A stretch of DNA of 62,056 nt, filler included, from Sluysia triapertura (Eukaryota): assembly GCA_046118255.1 (NCBI GenBank). It is 4 parts of 4 records of this genome, joined end to end, with 100 filler letters (N's around TTAATTAATTAA, not from the genome) between each part and the next. Parts side by side here need not be neighbours in the genome. Positions count along the whole stretch, not along the records: positions 1 to 18,438 come from JBJNIA010136395.1; positions 18,539 to 33,786 come from JBJNIA010233674.1; 2 more parts are not named here. One strand, 5' to 3'. The position numbers were made by a program, and so were the translations under genes. The stretch's first letter is position 1. Each line of letters opens with the position of its first letter. Below, in pieces: positions 13,060 through 25,214 of the stretch. The notes beneath the pieces were generated by a model that worked only from the letters and a program-made list of their open reading frames with translations, ran no database searches and was not told where the DNA came from.

Positions 13060-13309
13060 AGTAATGGACAAACAATTTCATTTCAAATTTATTAAATGTC
13101 GAAATTAAAAATTAATATTTAATATTAAAACTAAATTTAATGTTTTTTTTGGAAATTTATTTGTTTTAATTTAATATATTAATTAGTACACCATTTTCTT
13201 TTATAGTAAACTCAATATTTTCTTAGTTATTTATTAAAATTTAGAAAATTTGAATTTATTGTTAATTTAAACAAATAGTATATTATTTACTAAAAATGTT
13301 TTGTTCTTT

Positions 13310-13310
<1 letters not shown>

Positions 13311-13363
<53 letters not shown>
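13311..13363. repeat. (TAA)n microsatellite
   Basis: About 17 perfect units. Confidence 0.95.
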
Positions 13364-13912
13364 CGTGGTTTTAATAATTTTAACTATTACTGAATTTCCA
13401 TTATAATTTTATTAAGCAAAAATTTAATAAACAATTTAATATTTCTTGTCTTTATTTCCGTTTTATTAATTTCTTCTAGACTATTAATAATGACAACAAT
13501 GACTAATTGTAGTTAATTATTTTATTTAAGTAATATTACTACTAAATAGCTATTAAATAATTTTAAATATATAAAATTAATGCCTGTTTTTAAAATTTGG
13601 TTTTCAAATTATTTAATTATTATAATTTGTATAGTGTTTTTGGCTCCTTTTTAACTTGCAGCGAATAATAATCATTTAACATTTTCACCAATCATCATTC
13701 ACCAATTCAGTTGTACAATAATTTACATTTATTTCATATTATGTAGGAAAGAAAGTCTTATCCGATAGAAAATAATATTTATTTACTAATAAAGACACTA
13801 CGTAAATTGAAAAATATAAAATGTAAATCTAAAAAATTTCAATGTTTTATTAAATCCTTTTTTAAGTGTTAAATTTCTATCTTATAATTAAATAATTGTT
13901 TCGTGGCATATG

Positions 13913-14093
13913 ATGGAGTTTAAAAGAAGTGACTTGAAAAAGCTGAAGTATTTTTGTGGAAAGATGTACCAACAATTGAGAAGATTAACTCCGTGCTTGG
14001 TATCGGTACTGTATCTGCAAGAAACTGCCAGCGAATAATTGCAAAATTTCATCGTTGATGATGAAGAGAGATGTGGTTAAAGATGATGTTTTG
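13913..14093 (+). mobile_element. mariner transposase N-terminal (HTH) remnant
   Basis: TIEKINSVLGIGTVSARNCQRIIAKF..VDDEERCG resembles the mariner pattern AxRNINxVFGEGTVSERTCQRWFAKFRSG..LEDEERSG. Confidence 0.75.
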
Positions 14094-14103
14094 TTTATAT
14101 ATA

Positions 14104-14382
14104 GAGTGGTGGCCAAATTATTAGACTAAAACAGGAAAAATGTGATTTTCTTTGGTGGTCCATCAAAAAATTGGTCGTTTGAGAAAATGTGTCACAAAGA
14201 AGAAATGATAGATATTTGGTGAAACTTTCTACTATGAATCATAAAGCTACTAGTATGACTTTGCAGAACCAGCTAGAGACTTGCAGAATTCACAGTAAGA
14301 AAGAGAGTACAATGAGACGACTCAGGAATGATCAGGAACATCAGTATCCTTGAAAAATGGTCTAATAATTCGACCTCCACTG
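14104..14382 (+). mobile_element. Internally deleted Tc1-like element (279 bp) with TIRs and TA target-site duplication
   Basis: TA-gagtggtggccaaattattagac ... gtctaataattcgacctccactg-TA; internal RNDRYLVKLSTMNHKATSMTLQNQL...STMRRLR is a Tc1 transposase DNA-binding fragment. Confidence 0.85.
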
Positions 14383-14905
14383 TAATTCATTGATATTAAC
14401 TTTGTTTAGCTCATTTTTAATGTTTTTATTAACATCTATAGATGGTTATCTTTTATCATGTTTATCTTCTAATGCATTATTTTCATGTATTATAATAATG
14501 TATTATTATTATTGTTATTTTTTGGTGTTTTACTATAATTTTTTAAACAACTGCACATCGTCTTAACGGTTATATTTATCATTATACATTAAATTAATAG
14601 CAAAAAAAGTAAAACAAAACAAAACAAAATAAAATAACAAATCGAAATTTGTAATAGAAACTGTTTGAGAATATTTCTCATGCTGTAACATTTTTACAAA
14701 AAACCCTATATATATAAATACTCATAGCACACAGTGGTAGAAATATTTCAACTTGCATAATAAATACTTTAAAAGTCAACTGAATAAGTAAAATATCATG
14801 AAAAAAACAATTTCTTTATAAAATTCTCTTCTAAATGCAGTATTTAATGCTTGTAAATAGTAAATATGAATATTGCTTTGTTTATTAAATATTATACCTG
14901 AATTA

Positions 14906-14930
<25 letters not shown>
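14906..14930. repeat. (TA)n microsatellite
   Basis: About 12 units. Confidence 0.9.
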
Positions 14931-14936
<6 letters not shown>

Positions 14937-16674
14937 GTGTAATGTTGAAGTAAATAAGTGTAAGTTCATTTACATGAAATGTGGCAATATATGTTCAGTA
15001 ATTCATAAATGTTAGCATCAGTAATAAGCATAAATTCTTCTGCTAATTTAATCTGTAAAATTTAGCTGAAACTTATAAGTCGTAAACCATTGAATAAGCT
15101 CAAACGAACTCTGTCTTATAATTACTATTGTTCATCTAAACTTGTTTTACGAATTTATTTTATAAGTGATATCTATATTATATATGTATCTTATCTCAGT
15201 TGTTCGAAATGGAAGTGCTTAACAAAAGTTTTAATACTTGAAACTTTATTTTATTTTACATAACTCAATTCGCTCGATTCGCTTCATAAAAAGTTTTAAT
15301 TCAACTTTAAACTTTTTGACACACATTTTGTTGCTCACCAGTTAGTATTAAAATCAATTTAGTTTTAATACTAATCACTTTTAATTGTACAATAATGAAT
15401 GTGTGTTACCTAAACGAATATGTTTTCTAAATGACAATAATGAATTCTTGTTATTGGCAACAAACTCTAGAACAGAATAAACGAATATTCTTGTAATTCA
15501 TCTACAATGTGTTAACAAGTTTACATTAGACATTTATTCCAAATGTATTCATTTTGGGAAATCGCATAAGAAAAAGTTTCATAATGTATTTTCGATTGTT
15601 TGTTTGGCTATGAAATGACATTTCAAGGTCACCAAAATTAATTTGATGATTGTAATTACGATTATTCTTCAAATATTCGTAATTTCACTTAAAATATGAA
15701 TTCAAATTAAGTTGCCAAATGTATATATTAAGATATTCTTTTTTCCAAAAACGTTTGCTTCAAATACTGTTAGTTGTTAGTTTATTTTAAATTATTTAAA
15801 TTAGTTTATTTTAGTTTAAATTAAATTAAATTATTAAGTAAAATCCAAACCTAATATGCGTAGTATATTTATTAAATAACATTAGTGCATGAAGCATTAT
15901 ATTTAACTACTAAAATTATATTTATTTATCCACTAACACCCACGATATACATGTAGAGATTTATGATAGAATTTACGTCATACTTTTAATTTGTACTATA
16001 TTTACGATAAAATATTCAATTTAAATAATTAATAATTAATTTAATAAAAAATGTACCATAAACTAAGATAGTAATTATAATATCTAGAGGAAAATAATTT
16101 TGTTTTTTTTATTAAATATAATAATAAAATGATAAATAAATAATAATTATTACAGTAGTAATAGAAATATATATTTTTTATAACTACTAAGGTTATAACG
16201 GAAATAAAAAATTACTTATATTTTAAAGAAACTATTTTAAATACCTTAAAAGAAAGTAATCTTTTATTTACTTTTATTGTTCCTTGCCAGTTAATGTTCA
16301 TCATCTTATTTGATAATAACTATTATTTTATATAAATTTGTTGTCTACACTTTTCGAATGTTTCTTGTAACTTTACTATTTATATAAAAATTAAAAGCTT
16401 TTGTCTACTAAGTATTAATGGAAATAAACTAAACACATAACAAAATAAAGAAGAAATATAGATAGAAAAAATGAACAATATTCAAAGAAATGTTAATAGT
16501 AATGATTTTTAAAAAGTAATATAATATTTTCCAATTAAATTTATGTTTATTTGTTTTGATAAACCTTGTAAAAATGTAATAATAAAGTAAATAAAAAAGT
16601 TAAATATCATATTGATTGAAAATTTTCATAAACCAAGTGAAATAATGATTTTAAAAACAATCAATAAAAACAAA

Positions 16675-17045
16675 ACTTCTGCCAGCAATCTGCAAGTTTT
16701 TGGATATTGTCAAAGTACCATTCTTTGACACACTTTCTGAACCTCATGGGATCACTTAAACGACGACGTTTTCATAAGAATTTTTTTTGTTTTGAAAAGA
16801 CTAGTTATGGCTTTGAATTGTTTTATGCAACATTTGATACTTTTCAATCAGTGCACTGTAAACTCGATCAAACTGCTCGCAGTAAAGCTAAGTTTTCAAA
16901 CTTCAAGATTCTTTCAAAGTTCCACTAAACGGAAATATTTTAACCAAATTTTTCTATTGTTCTGTTAAATAGAATTTATTTCATTAACTTTAGACTTACT
17001 CTTGATATAGTTTTCAATTTCACTTCTCCATCTTTCAATTAAGAT
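16675..17045 (-). mobile_element. mariner transposase catalytic/C-terminal remnant
   Basis: Reverse strand gives YCEQFDRVYSALIEK, NNSKP (like DNARPH) and EWYFDNIQKLADCW (like FYxxGIQKLVxRW), with stops and frameshifts. Confidence 0.75.
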
Positions 17046-17142
17046 AAGTAAAACCCCGAAGGTTAATCCATCAAGTGAAAAAAGATTTATTTACTTAGGA
17101 TATAAACTCAAGGAATAAAATCACTTAAAACAAACTCAATTA

Positions 17143-17236
17143 TATTATAACTATTATTATCATTATTATTATCATTATTATTATCATTATTATTATTATT
17201 ATCATTATTATTATTATCATTATTATTATTACTATT
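17143..17236. repeat. Imperfect (ATT/ATC)n microsatellite
   Basis: Visible trinucleotide run. Confidence 0.85.
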
Positions 17237-18363
17237 AATTTATATTTTATATAAGTCATGCAACAGGAAAACCGTTATTAAATCTCCGATAATTAAAAGT
17301 GATATACACATAAATTCAAGTAGTATTATTGTATGAGACAAAAAAACTAATAATTTTTAAAAATTGAAATGCACAAATTTGTTTCCCCAGAGTACAACAT
17401 TACCGTTTAAATTATGTATTATCGCGTGACAATTATATTCTTCCGTTCTCATATTACACTCTATTATGTAAAATTTTATTTGATATAATATTTACTACAT
17501 ATCAGTTTTTAATTATTGTTATTAAGAAAAATATCAATTATATATAGTTATTATAATTATTGTTATTAGTATTATCTTTATTATTATTCTTATTATTTCA
17601 AACATTGCCAATTATTAAAAACTTTTCTAATAATATAATGTCTACGATTATAAAGTATTTCAACAAGGAAGTTAATGTTTTGGAAATACTTAATAATAAC
17701 ATCCATAAATAATTATTTTTATTCCCATAATTTGGACAATTCTGTTCATCAAAACACAAAAAGTTATATTCATCGAAACAATTAAAATACAACGATCCAT
17801 AAATTATGTATATCAATTAATAATTATCTTTATTATTATTATTATTGTTATTATTATTATTTAATATTAGCAATAAATTATATTTAATTTTGTGTACCCA
17901 TTAATCTTAATAAATTACTTATAATTAATATTAATAATAATAATAATTATTATTATTATTAAACTATAATTATTGTCAAATTATTTTTATAATAATTATT
18001 AAATTATAATTAAATTGTTCATTTATGCATCAAAATAAATTGACAAGTTTAATGTAAAGGTGCCCAAACTAGGGGGCGAGTCCCCGGATGGGAGCGCTAA
18101 AAATTTTAAAAATGTTAGATTTTACAAACAAAGATTTGTTTTTCTTTTGTTGTTTTTTACCAATTCAAGTAATTCCATCACCTAACTCCATAATTTACGT
18201 TCTTGATGTTGAACGGTCATCAAGGAAAAAAATTTCAGAGCAAATATACTTACAAATTCATAAAGCAATTATACATGTGCACTAGAGATGTTATGCTATT
18301 GGGTATGCTTCAATTTTTAGCTGTTAATTAAAAATAAGTATCACAATCGCGAAATAGCAGCTA

Positions 18364-18438
18364 TTAACCTCTTGTCGCCCGGTGAGTCGTATACGACTCA
18401 AACTGAAAACTATAATTTATTGAACAAATGCCTTTACT
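18364..18438 (+). mobile_element. piggyBac-like element end, truncated by the gap
   Basis: TTAA-CC start followed by the perfect 18-bp subterminal palindrome TGAGTCGTATACGACTCA (18383-18400). Confidence 0.55.
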
Positions 18439-18538
18439 NNNNNNNNNNNNNNNNNNNNNNNNNNNNNNNNNNNNNNNNNNNNTTAATTAATTAANNNNNN
18501 NNNNNNNNNNNNNNNNNNNNNNNNNNNNNNNNNNNNNN
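18439..18538. other. Artificial contig linker: 44 N + TTAATTAATTAA + 44 N
   Basis: Identical 100-bp spacer at three places; the 12-mer gives stops in all six frames. Confidence 0.95.
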
Positions 18539-18540
18539 CG

Positions 18541-18988
18541 AAACGAATTGATTTAGAACCAGAGTATGATAAAGCCACTAAAAGCCTTGATGATATGAAT
18601 CTTAAAGACAATTTACTTAGAGGCATATGCACATATGTTTTTGAAAACCCCTCGGCAATTCAAACAAGAGCCGTGTTGCTTTCTATTGAAAGACATGTCG
18701 TTACGGCGCAAGCTCAACCAGTTATTGATGAAACTACTACATTTAGTGTTCATGATTTACAGCGAACTGATGTAATTAAAATTGAGCTCCAAGCATTAGT
18801 TTTCGCACTAACGAAAGACGTAGTAAAGCAATTACATAAAGCAGTAATTATTCTCAGTTACTATATGGGAGCAGAATCCTATGCATGCATTGGAGGTACT
18901 AGAGTACAAGAAGATGTTGGAAGTTTAGAGAACGCAGTTCATGTCATTATTGGGACCTCTGGCGGAGTTAATGATGTGATTGAAAGAG
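18541..18988 (+). pseudogene. eIF4A-derived DEAD-box N-terminal fragment with disrupted ATPase motifs (pseudogene or dead paralog); the frame stays open to 19686
   Basis: LDDMNLKDNLLRGICTYVFENPSAIQTRA (Q motif), AQAQPVIDETTTFS (Walker A SGTGKT lost), ALTKDVV (PTRELA lost), ACIGGTRVQED, IGTSGGV (TPGRV lost); no DEAD motif follows. Confidence 0.85.
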
Positions 18989-20060
18989 GTAATAAAATTA
19001 ATTTTATTCACACATTCAATTATTATTGTTACCACATTCATATTATTCTTATTAATTATAATTTTAGTATACAATGCAACGGATTTGGGCCTGCGAAGAC
19101 ACAAACACAGCAGAGATCAATTTCCATGGGTCAAAATTTATATAATCCAAATGCAAATTTGATAATAAACATTAATTGTATAGTCCTTTATTGTTATCGA
19201 ATGTACATAACTACAAATAAAAATTTCTTTTATTGTTATCGTATACGCTTAAGTTATGAAATGAACTATCAATGTCTTTATAGACCTTACTGTTTTCATA
19301 AACCGACCCAGTATCACAAAACAGCTATAAGTGACCATAAAATAAACAGAGACCATGAGTTCAGTAACATCTTTTACAATATCTTTTATAATAACATTGT
19401 AATTAAGTCATATATCAACCTAATGAAAGCGGTTATCCTGAACGATAAATTCATCGTCTTGCGTAATATTAAATCTAACCTAAGATTAACAAGGTCTCCC
19501 GAAGTATTAAAATGCGTTAAACTAGTGTATCATAAGATAAAAATAAACAAGATTATTTTTAATTACAAGCAACTACAGCCCTCCACGGAGTGCCCAAACA
19601 CATTTCTTACCACAACAATACATAAGTTGAAAAATCTAATAATCATTTTTACTAATACCTCTTATTTTTTTCACATTACGCCTTAATGTCACGTAATATC
19701 AATTATACTTTTTAAATAAACTTATTTTCAAATATTTTTGTAATATGAAAATTAATATTACATTCTGATACTTAACGGTAGATGATCAACTTTATTAGAT
19801 ATTCCTCGGAATGTTCTTGTGATGCTGAGTTTAAATTTTTCTCTGAGCAAATGGCTTCAAAACATCAGTATGCAATCATGCAATGTTTCTTCTTTCTACG
19901 TGAGGTCTGACTGACACAAAATTAAAATTGAAAATTAAAAGTTCACGTTTTATAAAGCGGAAATTATTTTAAATTGATCGGGATATTTATAAAATTAGCT
20001 TTAAAAAGTTTCAAAACTTCAGCTCAATATGTTTATTAATTACAAAAAATTAAAACAACT

Positions 20061-20099
20061 GTGGACAATTTTGTCCACGTTTGATAATCGTAGGGTTAA
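20061..20099 (-). mobile_element. piggyBac-like element end (...AGGG-TTAA) with subterminal palindrome
   Basis: gtggacaa-tt-ttgtccac followed by gtttgataatcgtagggTTAA. Confidence 0.55.
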
Positions 20100-20154
20100 T
20101 ATTTAATATGTATAGCATTATTTTACAAAAATGACTAAATTTCCAATAACTAAC

Positions 20155-21357
20155 TAAGAAAAACTGCTCTTGAATAACAACAGGAAAGCAAGTGACACTT
20201 GAATCAATTCAACAGAAGCTGGAATAACTGGTAATTTTTGAGTTAATATCTTTATTAAATAATGAGATAATTCCGAATCAAATCTACATATAATAAATAA
20301 AAATTAGATACAAACTTAAAATCTGCAAATGTTTTTAAAGCTGCCAATACCCTTAACAATAACTGAGCATCCACTACATTTGGCGATGCCATTTCATTAG
20401 AACCTTCATTGATTATTGACTTAGCTAAATTAATCAACTTAAATTTCATTTTCTTCATTAAATCAGAATCTTTTTTTGACTTAAGAAATTTTGTAAACCA
20501 TTTACAAGTTCGTTGATTTTCATCCAACATAACTAATTTCAAAAAATCCAAAATACTCAACTGTTCATCATCACTAAGATCAAGAGCGACAGTCAATACC
20601 AATTCGGGTAAAACGAGTTTTTTCAACTACAAATAATAAATAATAATTAAAATCTAACGCAATATTCAAAAATTGAATAAACGTGCGACGGATTCAAATC
20701 TAAAATAGATTTAGTAGAATCTATAAACAATTTAGATATATCTGAATGAGTATCTGTAGTTTCTGATAATATACTGTCAACATAATCAATAACTGAATAA
20801 CAAATAGAATGCCATTCGTGTGGAAAATTAAATGTCAACCCTTTAATTAATTCAAATCCGCATTTACAATGTAACAATCCTTTAACTACATCAGATATCC
20901 GCCAAAATAATGGATAATCTTGAACAATAACACAAATTATGAGCTTAATTATTGGATGAAACGTTACATTGTTCATTATTTCACTGTCACTTAAATTAAA
21001 TTTTGAATCAATTGGTAGATTCAATAATTCATATATCTCATTTATAACAATTCTAATGGTGTCTTTATAATTAAGAGCATTATCGAATTCATTACAAGTA
21101 TATAACTTAGAATGCCTATTTTTCGACGATTTAGTAACTTCTAAAAATAAAGAATCAAAAGGTACTCCTTTCGAAAAGCTCTCTATGACTTCAATATATT
21201 TTTGAATTTTATAGATTTGGTAACTTGTTAAATTAGAACTTGTTATGTAATCATTTACGTTAGTAAGGGAATAATAAATAAGGGGAAATATATCAACAAT
21301 TTCATTGTAATTTAAACTTTTAAAATTACTATTTATTGCTTTCTGAAAAAGATCCAT
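20155..21357 (-). CDS. INTS2: Integrator complex subunit 2, N-terminal part (exons 21357-20659, 20626-20316, 20283-20155); downstream exons not found
   Basis: VVKGLLHCKCGFELIKGLTFNFPHEWHSIC, LNPSHVYSIFEYCLKKLVLPELVLTVALD, KWFTKFLK, LLRVLAALKTFADFK and ILTQKLPVIPASVELIQVSLAFLL align in order with recalled INTS2 segments (EALLHVRNGAWFLCLLVANVP, NPSQALKVR..LPGLGVALTLD, TWFGTFIR, LLRLYCALMGIAGLK, LMTSRPPATPAGVRFVSLSFCMLL); two 32-nt GT-AG introns keep the frame. Confidence 0.85.
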
Positions 21358-22499
21358 AAAACCAAATTATATTTTAAATTTAATTTTCCGTACACATACA
21401 TGTTCAAATAAGACAAATATTATTTATTATTATTTATTATATTATCATTTATTATATTATTACAATGATTGAATAAATTACAATTTATATATACTATATA
21501 ACATTTTTTATTGAATAATAAAACAAAATAAACACGAATAATTCAATATATTTAAAAAATTGATTTATTAAACTACATGAGAAAAGAAATATTATTAAAT
21601 TATAATTTATTATAATAATTATTATTTTGTCAATGATAATTATTATGAATCATGAAGATATTAATATGATATATAAATACTATAATTACTATAATATATG
21701 ATAGAATTATTGCCAATAGTTGTAATAATGTTAAATAATGATATTGTTGATCTAGCTAAAATATTCATAAAATAACCATAAAGGATGGTACTACGAAAAC
21801 GTTTCACTTTTTATAATGTTGGGATTGCCCAACTGTAGACCAGGAAAAGAGTAAGAAACATAGAGAACTATAAAATCAAGGAAGAACTGATACAAGTGAT
21901 GGATTGAACATTATAAACATTTAAATAAGAAATATGAAAAAGAAAACACTTATAACAGCTAAAGAATATCTTAAGGTTCCAAAGACCTATATAAGGGTTA
22001 GAGACCTTATGGAAGCTTGAGATGGACTTGAAAAATTTTTAGAAGCATTGAGGTACCTTTGAACTTTAGAACCTTTAGATCATTTAAGACCTTAGTAACC
22101 TTTAAGTATCTTGGAATATCGGTGAGCATTTGAGATCCTATAGTAATCTTATAAAGTGTTTAAAATCTTTAAAATATTGGAGAAATAAAATCTTTGTTCA
22201 AAATAATAAAGATAAGTTTAATATGGTAATAATTAACATGAAGAAGTAGAAAAAGGAATCAGAGAGGTGAATGCCTTTTAAATTACTAAATAGCTTTAGA
22301 ACCTAAATAAAACCTTTAAACGTAGAATAAGATTAAGTCTAAAAATAGATTAATTAATTAAAATCTCAATTAACTTAATTAAGAAAAAGTACGTTTATGT
22401 GAATAAATTTTGAATGTGGAATGCTATGTTGAATTTGTTTTAAAAAGTCCTTTCGATGAAGCTATGGTTTGGCGGAGTTCATGCAAGGAAAGCCAATAT

Positions 22500-23085
22500 T
22501 CAGCAAAGTCAAATTTTAATTAATTTTTAATTATATAATTTTGAATTTTTTATATTTAGAGTGATGCAAATGCAATGAATGGAATATGAGATGATTGCTA
22601 TGAAAGAGGTGAATCTATAAGTGAGTTCGAAACGTTTGTAGAACGGTTTGTTTGAGATTAAGAACCTTAAACATTTTTCATTAGAAAATTGGTTGTGAAG
22701 AATCAAAAATTAATTCAATTCTAAAAAAGAAATTTAATTCATTACTTTTACGTACGTTAACAATATTGTTGATTGTTATTTTAATGTGAGAATTAATTTA
22801 AGTGAAAATAGATTGAGTAAAATAAAAGAAAACGATGATTGATAATAAATCAAATTTATACTTTTTGTACCTAATGAAGTTTCACAGACTGTACCATGTA
22901 ATTGTAAAGTTGTTATTGTCGGTCTAATTCTCAAAGAGGTTTTGATGATTTGTGTGAGAGTGTTTGATTGTGAGAATTGGGATTGATTGGATGATAACAG
23001 AGCATAAAATAAAAATTTTTTAAAATTTCACAACACAATCACACAACCACAATATCAAGATCCATGTTTGTGTGACTTCTAATTT
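22500..23085 (+). repeat. Dispersed repeat family C, copy 1 (partial)
   Basis: aatgaatggaatat..gattgctat..gtgagtt.gaaa.gtttgta..tttttcattagaaa..gtcggtctaattctcaaagaggtttt..caagatccatg is shared with 25215-25670 and, inverted, with 58790-59290. Confidence 0.85.
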
Positions 23086-23570
23086 ATTATTATTTTGTTA
23101 ATGTTAAAATTTTATGTATATTATAATGAAATCATTAATTAAAATAATTAAAAGTACAAAAATTAATTTAATTAAAAGTAGATAAAAAATTTCACTGCAA
23201 TTAAAAATAATATGTAATCTTATCAAAACATGTTATTTAGTAATTGATAATGTAATGTTTAAATTAATTTTATCTGAATAATTTAATGTACAATTTTATC
23301 TATGAACTTTAAAATAATTAGCAAAATTATTATAAACCTTAAAAAATTAATTAATGTCTATAATTGTTAATAATGTCTAAATTATTTAAATTATTAATTT
23401 TATCTTTATAATTTTTAAATATCTAATTTTTATCTATTAAATACTTGTATAAAAGCTACAGTTATTCCACATAACACTCACATAAAATTATTTACAAGTC
23501 TTTAATTATTAAAAAATCTACAACGTTTGTTGGAAGAATCTCGAGGAATTTCTGATCAATAATTATTCGA

Positions 23571-23632
23571 GGGAGAATTTAATTTGGAAGAATTTAATTT
23601 GGAAGAATTTAAATTGAAAGAAGTTAATTGGA
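23571..23632. repeat. 15-bp tandem repeat (ggaagaatttaattt), about 4 copies
   Basis: Visible tandem units. Confidence 0.8.
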
Positions 23633-25214
23633 TAATTTGGGGAAATACTGGTTCAAAAGATTTCAAAGAAGAGTTCGATTTTGGAAAAATTTATCGATCG
23701 GTGGAAATTATTCGAAGAAGAATTTGTCATTTGGGAAAAGGAACAATTGATTAAAATTTTCGACGGATTTGCTGGAATAACTGTAAGCTATTTTTTATAA
23801 GTTCTATACAGTAATATACTGTATTAAAATACACTCAAAATCTAAAATTTTTGGAACCCAAAGATTAACTCTGGGTTAAAATCGCTTTAAAATTTGATAC
23901 ATAAATTAAGAGGAATCTTAATAATAATAATTTTAAAATTTTATTTATATTATCAACTTGATTACTTTGTTTCTTTGCATATTGAGTATCCTTGTAAAAA
24001 AGTTTAATTATTTCAATAAAATTTCATAGAGTACATCAAGTACTGAGTTTTGTTGTTTTATATTTCAAAAAGATAAATTTTAGTAGCAAATATAATTTAG
24101 AAGGCCCTCTGTCCAAGACTAAAGACTAAGGAATACTTTTCGTAGCGAATTATCTAATTACCTATAATTAAGTCTTCCGCTGGAAATAAATCTTAAATTA
24201 TAGGCGAACCCGTTAAGAATAAATTTATAATTGTTAGATATTTAAGGTTAAAATCTGAACAATATTATATTTATTGATAATTTGTGAAAATTATTTTTAT
24301 TATACAAAAATAAAATAGAAATTAAAGAATTAATTAAAAATTAAAGTTATATAAACATTTTAAATATTTAATCTGAATAATAATTACATATATTTACGTG
24401 TTTAAAATTTTGTTTAAAAAAATCAATTTTCAAAATATTTGTAAGTGACGCCAATATGTCGGATTTCAATATAAATAGAAATACAATTCAAACTTGGATT
24501 TAGAAATCAAGAGTATTTATTGGAATTTTTAAACAGATTTTTTTGTCAAGGATTGAATGGACTCCATGTCAAAGTAAAATTTTTTAAATAAGTTTTGTTA
24601 CACCTCTAATTTTAATTTCAATAGAGTTAATTAAAATACAACTTAAACTATTTTAATTTTTATCCTAGACCATAAAAAGGCTAAACCTAATTCAAACCTA
24701 ATTTAAAATCAAAAACAGCCTAAGAAATATTTCTTAAGGCTTAATATCTTATTATTACTATAATTATTATTGTTTTATTTAACTTTGTTTGTGTACAATA
24801 AACTTATTATGAAAATTATTTTATGCGATTGTTAAATTCGTATGTAATATATCTTCAGTGTATTTACTGTCTTTTCCTTATCATTTAATATATATAACAC
24901 TTTGTCAGACCACAACAGCTGATTTAATATCTAAAATAATTATACAAATCTGTCAGACCGTAAAAAGGCTGACTTAAATACATAAACATGTAAGGAGTAA
25001 TAATAAAGTAAAAGTTTTGTTACATTTTGAATCCTTTACCGCGATCTGAACACTTATAAGCATTCATCTTAGTAGCAATAAGTAGTTTTTCTTTTCTACA
25101 AATCTATTTAGAACGTCTTCGACCAGGTATAAAACGTATCTAAGACCCTCACGATCTTTTTTTAAGTATAAGTCTAAGTTTTATAAATAAAATACTTACA
25201 CTTAGAATGATGAA

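Noticed and set aside
14106-14116. GTGGTGGCCAA as another copy of the family A/B terminus
   Set aside because: Better explained as part of the Tc1 TIR that pairs with 14360-14382
15400-15600. CDFP..LLTH C2H2-like remnant on the minus strand (similar YKCSDRGKGF near 25040)
   Set aside because: Too degenerate to separate from chance
18483-18494. TTAATTAATTAA as a biological repeat or piggyBac target
   Set aside because: Embedded in identical N spacers, so it is an assembly linker
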